Below, piece after piece: positions 52,401 through 60,054 of a stretch of 64,000 nt of DNA (positions are counted from its first letter, which is position 1; each line of letters begins with the position of its first letter). The notes under the pieces are model-generated. The model saw only the letters and a list, made by a program, of their open reading frames with translations. It was not told the origin of the DNA and did no database searches. The position numbers and the translations under genes are program-made. This DNA comes from Bacteroidia bacterium. GTDB taxonomy: Bacteria; Bacteroidota; Bacteroidia; NS11-12g; UBA955. The stretch lies in contig JAMNXP010000008.1 in the NCBI GenBank assembly GCA_023653095.1, positions 22,922 through 86,921 of the forward strand, in the 5' to 3' direction.

Positions 52401-52429
52401 CAAAGGGTAATTTTTATATCAAGCCATGA
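46400..52429 (+). CDS. Large adhesin: SprB repeats + HYR-like (SxDNC) repeats + thrombospondin type-3-like Ca-binding repeats + type-B CTD
   Basis: GGxxPYxYxW/LxAGxY SprB units, DDGSTDNC units, dozens of DxDxDGIxD motifs, C-terminal PEIFTPNSDGVND...WDG...LPEGVYFY. Confidence 0.92.
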   Translation: MRKALIFSLFSTLLGYAFSQSLPVLSLQSKTDISCNGLSNGQVVFSVSGGRGPLVFSLNGVNQSSGTFSGLNAGGFKFFVTDSVGAQDSLVVSLTEPNKLVAQFTVSQPSCKYKSDGSIQTNITGGTGNKSIKWTDSAGFTASTVNLSYLPEGKYFLRITDANGCKLDTMVALEHSVKIGLSITTNDITCNGLINGTAVVNVLGTGTSYSQVWTGPNAYSSTLKSISSLSAGSYLVKVTETVSGCSALMSATIVNPTKLKVEITAIRAALCNSSSDGQMNIKVTGGREPYLYSWSGPNSYFSSKSNISDAAAGTYIISTTDSSGCSAADTGILNEPAALSIIPTITDVRCFGQSNGQINLNVNGGVKPYAYSWSNSQSTKDITTLSSGVYGLTLVDSNGCKLTRNYSVSSPTKLELSYNSNSVKCNGGSDGSITLLATGGSFPWSYKVSGPSSYLSTSVTNKNLVAGTYSLMLTDNNGCKDSEVVNITQPNKLIAVHTTTQPLCFGLKGGMSLNVSGGTSPYSYEWLDGNSALYSATQNVISADVGKYTYTVIDANQCNFSDTLSIYQPAELNLKLKSTTLPVCIKDMTGSASLGCLGGVRPYNFQINSSSLVTDSLFKNLGVGSYVVTVKDKNACIDTVSFALKNNDSQKPTVVLKNITRYLNNSGKVTVSVSEVEQNISDNCELKTVSLSKTDFDCSNLGINTVQVTAVDASGNSQSNNCTITVLDTIKPVLKAQSVNVYLNASGKGSISASQANNGSSDNCSIAQYALAKTQFDCSNLGSNSVLFSATDGSGNSSSAQVQIQVQDTLKPVLKYKNIIVFLNSSGSVSITPADVDDGSTDNCQISKYEISQSTFNCNNLGTNFIDFKIYDPAQNVSSQSVRVTVQDSFKPVSKTKPVTLHLNQYGFSVLSPSDLDDGSTDNCKIATRSISQSVFTCGNLGSNLVGYTLTDPSGNTNSTQVSVTVKDTSKPINKVRNGIAYLDKNGFAVTTYFDIDNGTSDNCGVDKISLSKDRFTCQDLGQNTIDFTSYDKSGNSSVSVVNINVLDTVKPVLRASNRTVVLDSTGRFSVTPMYFDDGSYDNCKITKRTLTQSSFDCSDVGNKLIIYTISDTSGNSSLAILNVSILDTLAPRIFVENKTVYLDSQGRTNLSVSAFASKCYDNCSISQLYLSDSTYDCSERGTRVVQLIATDPSGNRAVKSFLVNVLDTLSPEVFTKTATIYIDTAGRATLSVQQVLDSLYENCGSAQVYLTQNEFGIKDIGENFVFAYAFDQAGNRSKNIYAKVNVEIGDADRDSIPDYIEGSQDFDGDGVPNYRDHDSDNDGVLDRFENSGLRILLDLDQDGFYNVYDVDTDGDQIYDVAEVNGFDPDQNGTVGIGRVTVNNRGIPVLASGGDGYGLMDTDGDGIADYKDVDSDQDGISDKTENFGKREFVDSDGDGKPNFRDEDSDADGISDLIETIDDFDRDGTSNYLDRDSDNDQILDLFETNNDEDGDGFGNYLDLDSDADGIYDDLEGEQDLDKDGKGNWIDKDSDNDGIPDNLEGNDDTDSDGTPDFKDPDSDNDGILDWIEAIPFDSNGIPADSDSDGEFDFRDFDSDNDGIVDYDEGYPNIPDTDGDGIPDYRDDDSDNDGVLDFLEGNKDTDNDGLIDAIDPDSDDDGIQDVIEGYADLDGDGIVNSLDLDSDNDGINDIMEAGGIDLDGNGMLDTLEVLVPVDADGDGILNQNDIDSDGDGIYDIVETGLFYTDLNGDGRVDGIDTDRDGIQDEADGISGVFGDLYDKDAVDTDSDGIRDFEDLDSDDDGIDDEIETSDDYDFDGLPNYLDDDSDSDEISDLQETAFDNDGDGVENFLDLDSDGDSITDLIETQSDYDGDGVPNYLDLDSDNDEMPDSEEGEIDNDKNSFADFVDPHTFVPEIFTPNSDGVNDVLFIRGLKNFPDASLVVFNQWGMIVFDSKGKYMNDWDGTFRGESSSTILEKLPEGVYFYILNHNRTDSPQFNKPQTKGNFYIKP

Positions 52430-53382
52430 TGAAATTTAACAAAATCAGGATGAAGTGGGTTGTTGCAATGTCAGTAATTGGGGCATTTTCGCCTCTTCAT
52501 GCTCAACAAGTAGCTCTAACTACGCAATATGATTTGATCTCTAGCATTCAGAATCCTGCATATAACGGATTGAATAGAATTCTTAAAATTGATGCACTTT
52601 CAAGGGTTCAATGGGCTAATTTCCCTGGAACACCGCGCTATTCTGCTGTGGCTTTTCAGTCGCCGTTGAATAAAGACTTTTCGTTGGGTGCAAATTTTCA
52701 AAATTTATCTATTGGTCAATTTAAGGTGGCATCTCCTATGAGCATGACCTCTATGTCAGCCGATATTGCTTACCACAAGCAATTGGATAAGAACATTTAT
52801 GCAGCCGCAGGTCTGAGATTAGGAGTATTTAATTCTAGCTTGAGAATTTCACAGTTGATTTCAGATGCACCTGCAGATGCAGCTCAAACAGGGAATGACT
52901 ATAATTTTAATGCTCCTTTAGTGGGCGGTGGAATCATGTTTTATGGCAAGCAGTATTTTATTGGGGCCTCGCTTCCACAGTTTGCTGTTGTGCCAAAACA
53001 GTTGGTTGACAACGTGAATTTAGGGTATAATGCCCGTTCATTCTGGTCATTTAATGCAGGTTACGTATACAAATTTAATAAGAAATGGCAGGTTAAAACA
53101 ACGGCTCAAGCCCGTAAATATACCAGTTTGCCCACCATCTGGGATGCAAATATTTACGGCATATATGAGGGAGTTCTAACGTTAGGATATGGGTATAGAA
53201 GTACCGGTTCAAATGCATTTTTAGCATCGATTAGAGCCAATGATTTAATAAAAGTGGTTTTTGCTTATGAATCGGGTACCATTTATGATGATCAATCGCC
53301 TTTCAATTCAATTGAGTTTGGTATCTCCTATCAGATTGATTACAACAAAGAAAAAACCAAAGTTATTCCACGTCAATTTTAA
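52426..53382 (+). CDS. PorP/SprF-family T9SS outer-membrane protein
   Basis: AQQ...TQY...NPAYNG...RVQWANFPGTP...FAYE...SIEF, directly downstream of a type-B CTD gene. Confidence 0.88.
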   Translation: MMKFNKIRMKWVVAMSVIGAFSPLHAQQVALTTQYDLISSIQNPAYNGLNRILKIDALSRVQWANFPGTPRYSAVAFQSPLNKDFSLGANFQNLSIGQFKVASPMSMTSMSADIAYHKQLDKNIYAAAGLRLGVFNSSLRISQLISDAPADAAQTGNDYNFNAPLVGGGIMFYGKQYFIGASLPQFAVVPKQLVDNVNLGYNARSFWSFNAGYVYKFNKKWQVKTTAQARKYTSLPTIWDANIYGIYEGVLTLGYGYRSTGSNAFLASIRANDLIKVVFAYESGTIYDDQSPFNSIEFGISYQIDYNKEKTKVIPRQF

Positions 53383-53392
53383 AAGAAACTGA

Positions 53393-55273
53393 ATGTTAAG
53401 ACCTGAATATTTATTCCTTTGGATACTTTTCCATTTGGCAGCCGTTGAATTACCAAAGGGCATTGCCAAGCGTGGCCAACCACCCATGAAAGCTACGGAA
53501 TTGGTTGAGCGCATGCAATACCAAGAAGCAATAGCTGAATATTCTACATTGAAGAAAGTCAAATCGGCCAACGAAATGAGATCATTGGCAATTGCGTTTT
53601 CGAAACTGGGGTACACCGATACAGCCATGAGCATTTACAAGCAAATGGTGAAAAAATATCCCTCAAAAGTCACCCCATCAGATAAGTTAAATATGGCTCT
53701 TTTGCTCAATAAAATGGGAGAGAAGGAGGCATTTTCCGGAGCCTTAATAGAGTTAAAGACGGTTGATTATGTGGGCTTGCCAATTTTGAATCAAGAAAAT
53801 CCAGAACTATTCCTACTGCAAAGTAAGCCTCTCGAATCACAGTTATCTGTGCCTCAAGTGCAGAAAATAGAGTCGAATAATGCGTGTTTTCTGCCTGTGA
53901 AAGATCCAGTTGCTGGTAGTTGGTGCTTCCACGAACGCGTTCGTGTAAATGGAGGACTATTATCTACGGTTTCTTCGGCCGATGGGCAGCCCTATGCAAA
54001 GGTCATGAAAGCCAATAATTGGGCTTCTGACACTTTGAGTGCGAAAGGCGTATTGCTAGAGAAGCAATTATTGAACAAGCATTTTGAATTAACTTTTATC
54101 GATTCCTTTGGGAATATGTATGTCACTACCAATCATTCCTTGGTAAATGATAGCGATGATTATTTATTAGATGTTTTTAAGTATGCATTCAATCCTAAAG
54201 TGGGTGATTACACATTGAAAAGCTTACACTTTGATAAATGGAATAGTAATTTAGCTGGTTTCGTGATGAATCAAAGTCAAACAAAGGGCTTGTTTTATTG
54301 TGATATGGTGGGTGGATTTGGGAAGTCGGACATATATATGTGCGATATTGTTTGGTCTGATGATAAGAGCCCAACTTTGATTAATTATTTTAATTTGGGT
54401 GGTCAAGTTAATACTATTCTTTCTGATATTGATCCTGTTTTTATTACAGATGAGATCATTGCGTTTTCTACGGAAGGGCATATAGGCTGGGGTGGTTCGG
54501 ATATCTATTTCTTTAATACCATGAATAACCGTTTGGTGAATGCAGGCAGGTTAATTAATTCACAAGCCAATGAATTTGCCCCGAAATTTTACGATGGAGT
54601 TTTGTATTTTTCTACTGATCGATACGGAAATAAATCAAAGATTATGAAAGTAGAGTTGAGCATGGATTTGCTTGACCGTGTAATGGTTCCTGAAAACTAC
54701 ATAGTTGAAACAACTTTCCCTGAAGAAAATACAGAATCTAGTTTGCCTGAAGAATTGATAGATGTTAGAGATGAAACTAAAATCAGTAATCTAATTCAAA
54801 CCATGGCTGTAGCAGAACCTGAAAAGTATAATTATGCTAAAGGTTTAAATTTTTTAATGCTTTCAGATTCTGTGCGACTGGAAAAGGCTAGAAAAATTGA
54901 TAGTGCTTCCAATTATCAAGATTATCAGTTCATTACATTGTTGCACCCAGTGGGTGATATAGTGGTTGACGCAAATTTTGAGAACGAATTATTGATTCTC
55001 ACCGAAGTGTTAAAGCGCAGATCTGATTGGAAGGTCCAAGTGCGCTCACATACTGATAGCAAGGGTTCAAAAAAGGCAAACCGAAAACTATCACAGGAGA
55101 GAGCTGACTTTTTGAAGGTGTATTTGGTTTCACAAGGCGTACCTTCAAATCAAGTAGAGGCAATTGGATATGGAGAAGAATTACTTTTGAACCATTGTAT
55201 AGATGGGGCACCTTGTTCTGAAGATGAGCACCGAAGAAACAGAAGAACAGAATTACTGTTACAATTGAAATAA
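53393..55273 (+). CDS. OmpA-family (PorE-like) protein with TPR and PD40-like repeats
   Basis: GGFGKSDIY, GWGGSDIY, VRSHTDSKG...NRKLSQERA...GYGE...NRRTE. Confidence 0.85.
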   Translation: MLRPEYLFLWILFHLAAVELPKGIAKRGQPPMKATELVERMQYQEAIAEYSTLKKVKSANEMRSLAIAFSKLGYTDTAMSIYKQMVKKYPSKVTPSDKLNMALLLNKMGEKEAFSGALIELKTVDYVGLPILNQENPELFLLQSKPLESQLSVPQVQKIESNNACFLPVKDPVAGSWCFHERVRVNGGLLSTVSSADGQPYAKVMKANNWASDTLSAKGVLLEKQLLNKHFELTFIDSFGNMYVTTNHSLVNDSDDYLLDVFKYAFNPKVGDYTLKSLHFDKWNSNLAGFVMNQSQTKGLFYCDMVGGFGKSDIYMCDIVWSDDKSPTLINYFNLGGQVNTILSDIDPVFITDEIIAFSTEGHIGWGGSDIYFFNTMNNRLVNAGRLINSQANEFAPKFYDGVLYFSTDRYGNKSKIMKVELSMDLLDRVMVPENYIVETTFPEENTESSLPEELIDVRDETKISNLIQTMAVAEPEKYNYAKGLNFLMLSDSVRLEKARKIDSASNYQDYQFITLLHPVGDIVVDANFENELLILTEVLKRRSDWKVQVRSHTDSKGSKKANRKLSQERADFLKVYLVSQGVPSNQVEAIGYGEELLLNHCIDGAPCSEDEHRRNRRTELLLQLK

Positions 55274-55306
55274 AAAAAGGCGGCTTTATAAGGGCCGCCT
55301 TTTTTT
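55272..55306. terminator. Bidirectional rho-independent terminator
   Basis: A-run, GGCGGC-loop-GCCGCC stem, T-run, between convergent genes. Confidence 0.88.
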
Positions 55307-55320
55307 ATTAAGTTCAGATA

Positions 55321-55755
55321 TTATTTAGATGGAACGCACATGGTTACTACATAACCGCGAGTTTCGTCACCTTTGAATGTAACATCAATATCAATATTTC
55401 TTCCGCCTGATTGTGCAGTTAGAGAGCGCAACATAGATTCTGCAATGATGAAACAACCGTGGTAACTTGGGGTTTCTTTGAAGCTAACTGGAAGTTTAGC
55501 AAAACTCTTTGGGGGATTACAAGGTGCTGGTTCTGAACCGCCTGCTCCGGGTGCTCCCATTCGAGGTGATGTAGGCATTCCAGGTTTCCCTTGTTCATTA
55601 CTGATTTGAAGGGTTGCCTTCTTAATGGTGATCATTTGGTTGGCAAAACGCTGTGGGCTTCTGGTGAAGTCCATAGATGTTACTACCACACCTTGTGCAA
55701 ATGAATAGCTGATGCTCAATAGAGCAACGATAACAAATGAATATACTTTTTTCAT
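55321..55755 (-). CDS. Secreted hypothetical protein (paralog B)
   Basis: Signal peptide ending SFA-Q; shares motifs with 55784-56275. Confidence 0.75.
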   Translation of the reverse strand: MKKVYSFVIVALLSISYSFAQGVVVTSMDFTRSPQRFANQMITIKKATLQISNEQGKPGMPTSPRMGAPGAGGSEPAPCNPPKSFAKLPVSFKETPSYHGCFIIAESMLRSLTAQSGGRNIDIDVTFKGDETRGYVVTMCVPSK

Positions 55756-55783
55756 GTTTTTGGTACGTTGAAAATCTCAGAGT

Positions 55784-56275
55784 TTAAGGATTGATTTTGA
55801 TTCTGGTAACTCTGTGTATTGCTCTAGTATCAACCTTTATGGTTAAATCGGCATTTACCTCTCTGTTCGCTGGTAAAACATTGGCCATTTTATCGTAGAT
55901 AACAAAGCAAAATTTAGATTCGTTTTTAGGAGGGAAGAAGACATCCATTTTTACCCAGCTTCTCGGTGCTAAGCAACGTGTTTGCTGAGAAGTGGCCGCG
56001 GCACCTTGAGGGGTGGCAGTTCTGCCTTGGGTATTAACGCTTGGGGCTGTAACGGTTTGAGCATTTCCTACACCAATGGTTCCTGTTGGTGGCAATACAG
56101 CTTGAGGAGTAGCAACTGTGTTAGCTAGTTGACATTGTATGTTTCTTATGATAATGGTTCTTCCATTATAAATACTAGGATTTTGTGCAAAGGTCAAGGC
56201 ATCTACTACTAATTGTCCATAACTTAATCCCACAAAAAGCAGGGCAAAAGAAAGCAAGGAGATTGTTTTTTTCAT
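55784..56275 (-). CDS. Secreted hypothetical protein (paralog A)
   Basis: Signal peptide ending SYG-Q; shares motifs with 55321-55755. Confidence 0.75.
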   Translation of the reverse strand: MKKTISLLSFALLFVGLSYGQLVVDALTFAQNPSIYNGRTIIIRNIQCQLANTVATPQAVLPPTGTIGVGNAQTVTAPSVNTQGRTATPQGAAATSQQTRCLAPRSWVKMDVFFPPKNESKFCFVIYDKMANVLPANREVNADLTIKVDTRAIHRVTRIKINP

Positions 56276-56329
56276 AGTGTGTTTGGTTGTTTGAATTTTG
56301 GCTACAAATTACGTGCCAAAAATAAGCAA

Positions 56330-56671
56330 TTATTGGTTTGTGTCATTTGTTTTTATGGAATCTTGTTGCCTAAAATATCTCAATAAGTAATAAATACCTA
56401 AAACAATCAGTATTCCAGCCACTCCAATTTGTAAAATGTTCTGATGCGGCATTAATCTATTTAGCAACAATACGTTGCCAAATCCAAAGATGATCCAACC
56501 CAATTCACTTTTGAATTTTGCTTGAACAAGTATCAATAACCCTATCATGGTGACCAAGGAAGGGAAAGACAAGAGAATATCAGGTAAATGAATATTCAAT
56601 GCGTGTAGCATCCATAGTAGTCCGATAGTGATTAAAATGAGTCCGCCAACGAGGTAAGATTTATTTTTCAT
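56330..56671 (-). CDS. LiaF/LiaI-like 4-TM membrane protein
   Basis: GLILITIGLLWML...SFPSLVTMIG...LIVLGIYYL pattern. Confidence 0.7.
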   Translation of the reverse strand: MKNKSYLVGGLILITIGLLWMLHALNIHLPDILLSFPSLVTMIGLLILVQAKFKSELGWIIFGFGNVLLLNRLMPHQNILQIGVAGILIVLGIYYLLRYFRQQDSIKTNDTNQ

Positions 56672-56783
56672 TGAGTTTGAGGTTTGATTTTAGGTTTAAG
56701 CGAAAATAGTGCAATTCCTATAATTGGAATGAACATTTATGCACAAAGCGATGATCGTCAGAATTTAACGACCAATGAAAATC

Positions 56784-56819
56784 ATGATAAAAATCATATT
56801 TGACTTTGAGTTAGGTCAT
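56784..56819 (+). promoter_or_regulatory. Tandem FNR/CRP-like boxes upstream of the ccoI unit
   Basis: ATGAT-AAAA-ATCAT (56784-56797) and TTGAG-TTAG-GTCAT (56806-56819). Confidence 0.6.
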
Positions 56820-56861
56820 TGGTTACCTTTTATTAAAATTTGAACTTGCACCTTGTAATTC

Positions 56862-57359
56862 ATGTATTTTACTCCTACTGCAGATATTGCCCAAAGCCTA
56901 AAACTCATTGAGATTGATTTGATTCCATCGCTTCAATTTCAATCTGAGAAACTATTGAAATCTATTGATACGAGCCATGAAACTCAAGGAGATGATTTGC
57001 AGTTTTATGTGATTGTTTCTCAGTTTGATCAAGAGTTACAGAATTTGAGTAGGCTATTGTCAATGATACTTTTTCCGGCAATCAGAAAATCATTGGATAA
57101 AATGCAAGAAGCCCCAGCCTTAAATGGATTTAATATCATTAGAGCGTTACACAAAAGACAGCAAATTTCCATTTCAAAACTGAGAGAAATTTGCAACCAC
57201 TATACTGTAGAACCAGGCTGGAAAGAACATAAACAACTGCATTGTCATAATTCATATCAATTGGAAGCAGCGTTTTTGAACTATTTGAATTTCTTCGAAT
57301 CACAGGTGTTGTTCAAATTAGAAACTGCCAATTCAAACAGAGAAACCAATCATGATTGA
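56862..57359 (+). CDS. Degenerate hemerythrin/Ric-like helical protein
   Basis: MILFPAI, LREICNHYTVEP and ESQVLF resemble Ric/YtfE C-terminal motifs; overlaps the ccoI start. Confidence 0.55.
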   Translation: MYFTPTADIAQSLKLIEIDLIPSLQFQSEKLLKSIDTSHETQGDDLQFYVIVSQFDQELQNLSRLLSMILFPAIRKSLDKMQEAPALNGFNIIRALHKRQQISISKLREICNHYTVEPGWKEHKQLHCHNSYQLEAAFLNYLNFFESQVLFKLETANSNRETNHD

Positions 57360-59778
57360 TAGTGTAAAAGAGATAGAAGCATGTTACCACTGTGGCGTTA
57401 AAACTAAAAGTCCCATAGTAAAACAAGATCATTGTTTTTGCTGCCGAGGGTGCTTAGGCGTCTATGAAATTTTACAAGAAAATGAACTTTGCAAGTACTA
57501 CGATTTCAATTCCTCACCCGGACAAACCATAGATCAAGCCAAGCAGCAAGCGCATAAGTTTGCTTTTTTGAATGATCAACCAATTTTAGAACAACTGCTT
57601 CATTTTAAACAAGGTGATAGATTGCATATTAAATTCTATTTGCCCCAAGTACATTGTAGTTCATGTCTGTACCTCTTGGAAAATCTTTATAAAATCCATC
57701 CTGGGGTAATCAGCAGCAAGCTGAACTTTGCTGAAAAGAATTTAGAAGTTGCTTATAATAAATCAGTAACATCTGCCTTTGATTTGGCTTTGGCTCTAAC
57801 CAAGTTGGGATATGAACCTTACTTCAGTTTGAGTGATTTGGGAAAAAGCAAGTTCAAACCCAAAACCGAAAATCCCCGTCTGTTCCAATTGGGCATTGCC
57901 GGATTTGCTTTTGGAAATATCATGTTATTGAGTTTTCCTGAATACTTTGCTTATGGTTCAGATTTAGATGGGTTGAAACCGTATTTTCAATGGTTGTCCA
58001 TATTGCTAATCATTCCAGTGATCACGTATAGTTCAATGGAGTTTTACAAGTTGGCTTGGGGTGGTATCAAAGAAAAATACCTCAACATAGATTTACCTAT
58101 TGTATTGGCAATGGCCATTACGTTTTTTAGAAGTTTGTATGAAATTTATCATCACATCGGACCCGGATATTTCGATTCGTTGAGCGGTATAGTGTTCTTT
58201 ATGTTGTTGGGCAGAACCCTGCAGGATAAAACATATAAATCTATTACATTTAATCGTGATTTTACTTCGTATTTTCCTATTTCGGCGACAGTTTTTGAGC
58301 GAGGGAAAGAGATTTATAAATCGTTACACCACATTAAAGTGGGCGATGAATTAATCATTCACGATCAAGAGGTGGTGCCTGTAGATGGTTTGATTGCTGC
58401 AGGAAAAGCCACCATTGATTATAGTTTTGTTACTGGTGAAAGTCATCCCGTTGAATTGGATGCTGGATCTTGGGTTTATGCCGGAGGGCGTCAACTGGGT
58501 TCATCGGTCAGAATATTGGCCCAAAAGACGGTTTCTCAGAGTTATTTAGTTTCTCTTTGGGAAAAGTCAACGAATCAAATCCTCGAGAAAAAAGACCCAC
58601 AGAGCACCAACGAAAGCAATTATGTTCAAAAGGCCAGTATGTACTTTACACTGGGTGTATTTTCAGTTGCATCGCTTGCCGCTATTTACTGGAGTGTTTT
58701 CAATCCCGCCATAGTTTGGACAGCTGTAACTGCCGTGTTGATAGTGGCATGCCCATGTGCTTTATTGCTGAGTGTGACATTTACCCATGGACATTTTTTG
58801 AGTCTATTTGCAAAGAATGGGTTGTTAGTTAAAGGTTCTAAAGTATTAGAAAATTTGAATCAGGTAAACCACTTGGTTTTTGATAAAACAGGAACCATCA
58901 CTGATTCTAAAAATCCACATATTGATTATGTTGGATTTGAATTACAGGAAGGCGAATTAGATGCTGTGGCTTCCTTGGCAAAGGAGTCGGTGCATCCTTA
59001 TGCAAGATTACTATCGAGATATTTGAATCGGGTAGCGGTAGGCATTTTTGATATTGAAAATAAACTATCGGCTGGTATTACGGGTGTTTGGGATGGAAAA
59101 GAATTGAGATTGGGGTCTTCAGAGTTTGTTGAATTACTCAGTGAACAGGTATTTGATCATCAAGAGGGTTCCAAGATTTGGGTGAGAATAGGAGACCGGG
59201 TGATGGGTTACTTTGTTTTTAGTTCATCGGTGAGGGAGAATTTGGCGTCCCCAATAAAAGAACTAGGGCAGAATTATTCAATGACTGTGCTCAGCGGAGA
59301 TTTAAGGGATGATGAGGCTTTGATTCGGGAAATTTTCCCCGAGAAAACAAACCTCCTCTTTGAGCAAAAACCTGTTGATAAAAAGAGGTTTATTGAGAAT
59401 TTAGAACGAAGTGGAAAGAAAATCTTGATGTTGGGTGATGGACTGAATGATGCGGGTGCTTTGATGAGCAGTTCGGTGGGAGTTGCGGTGACGGATGATA
59501 TTGGATATTTTACTCCTGGAGCCGATGCCATTATTGAAGGGAAATCACTGATTTTGCTTCCAAAGTTGCTAAAAATGGCTGCTTATATGCGCAACATCAT
59601 TTGGTTCAGTTTTGCCATCTCCGTATTCTATAACATCATAGGATTGAGTTTCGCGGTTCAGGGGAAATTGAATCCCATCATTGCGGCCATTTTAATGCCT
59701 TCTAGCTCTATTTCTATTGTTTTGATTACTTGGTTAGGAAGTGTATTGTCAGCAAGAACGTTGAATTTAAAGTTGTGA
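57352..59778 (+). CDS. ccoI: Heavy-metal P1B-type ATPase for cbb3 oxidase assembly
   Basis: CYHCG...FCCRGC, HCSSC, TGES, CPC, DKTGT, HP, GDGLND, MPSSS. Confidence 0.92.
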   Translation: MIDSVKEIEACYHCGVKTKSPIVKQDHCFCCRGCLGVYEILQENELCKYYDFNSSPGQTIDQAKQQAHKFAFLNDQPILEQLLHFKQGDRLHIKFYLPQVHCSSCLYLLENLYKIHPGVISSKLNFAEKNLEVAYNKSVTSAFDLALALTKLGYEPYFSLSDLGKSKFKPKTENPRLFQLGIAGFAFGNIMLLSFPEYFAYGSDLDGLKPYFQWLSILLIIPVITYSSMEFYKLAWGGIKEKYLNIDLPIVLAMAITFFRSLYEIYHHIGPGYFDSLSGIVFFMLLGRTLQDKTYKSITFNRDFTSYFPISATVFERGKEIYKSLHHIKVGDELIIHDQEVVPVDGLIAAGKATIDYSFVTGESHPVELDAGSWVYAGGRQLGSSVRILAQKTVSQSYLVSLWEKSTNQILEKKDPQSTNESNYVQKASMYFTLGVFSVASLAAIYWSVFNPAIVWTAVTAVLIVACPCALLLSVTFTHGHFLSLFAKNGLLVKGSKVLENLNQVNHLVFDKTGTITDSKNPHIDYVGFELQEGELDAVASLAKESVHPYARLLSRYLNRVAVGIFDIENKLSAGITGVWDGKELRLGSSEFVELLSEQVFDHQEGSKIWVRIGDRVMGYFVFSSSVRENLASPIKELGQNYSMTVLSGDLRDDEALIREIFPEKTNLLFEQKPVDKKRFIENLERSGKKILMLGDGLNDAGALMSSSVGVAVTDDIGYFTPGADAIIEGKSLILLPKLLKMAAYMRNIIWFSFAISVFYNIIGLSFAVQGKLNPIIAAILMPSSSISIVLITWLGSVLSARTLNLKL

Positions 59779-59794
59779 TGCTGCATATAAAAGC

Positions 59795-59830
59795 ATGACG
59801 AAAATCATATTTGATGGTGAGCAACATCAT
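59795..59830 (+). promoter_or_regulatory. Tandem FNR/CRP-like boxes upstream of ccoS-ccoNO
   Basis: ATGAC-GAAA-ATCAT (59795-59808) and GTGAG-CAAC-ATCAT (59817-59830). Confidence 0.6.
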
Positions 59831-59869
59831 TTTCGATTTGTGTGAAAATGAGTCACTTTGAAAGTAGAA

Positions 59870-60037
59870 ATGTCGGTAGTAATAATCTTAATGATCATGA
59901 GCATTTTGGTGGCTGGAGTATTTCTAGCGGCTTACTTATGGAGTGCAAAGACAGGGCAGTTCGAAGACCCTGAAGCCAATGCAAACAGAATACTGCACGA
60001 TACTGAATTGGTAAATCAAAAAAATAAAATCATTTAA
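59870..60037 (+). CDS. ccoS: cbb3-type oxidase assembly protein CcoS (not in ORF track)
   Basis: 55 aa: MSVVIILMIMSILVAGVFLAAYLWSAKTGQFEDPEANANRILHD. Confidence 0.9.
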   Translation: MSVVIILMIMSILVAGVFLAAYLWSAKTGQFEDPEANANRILHDTELVNQKNKII

Positions 60038-60054
60038 TCCCAATAATCTTTGAA

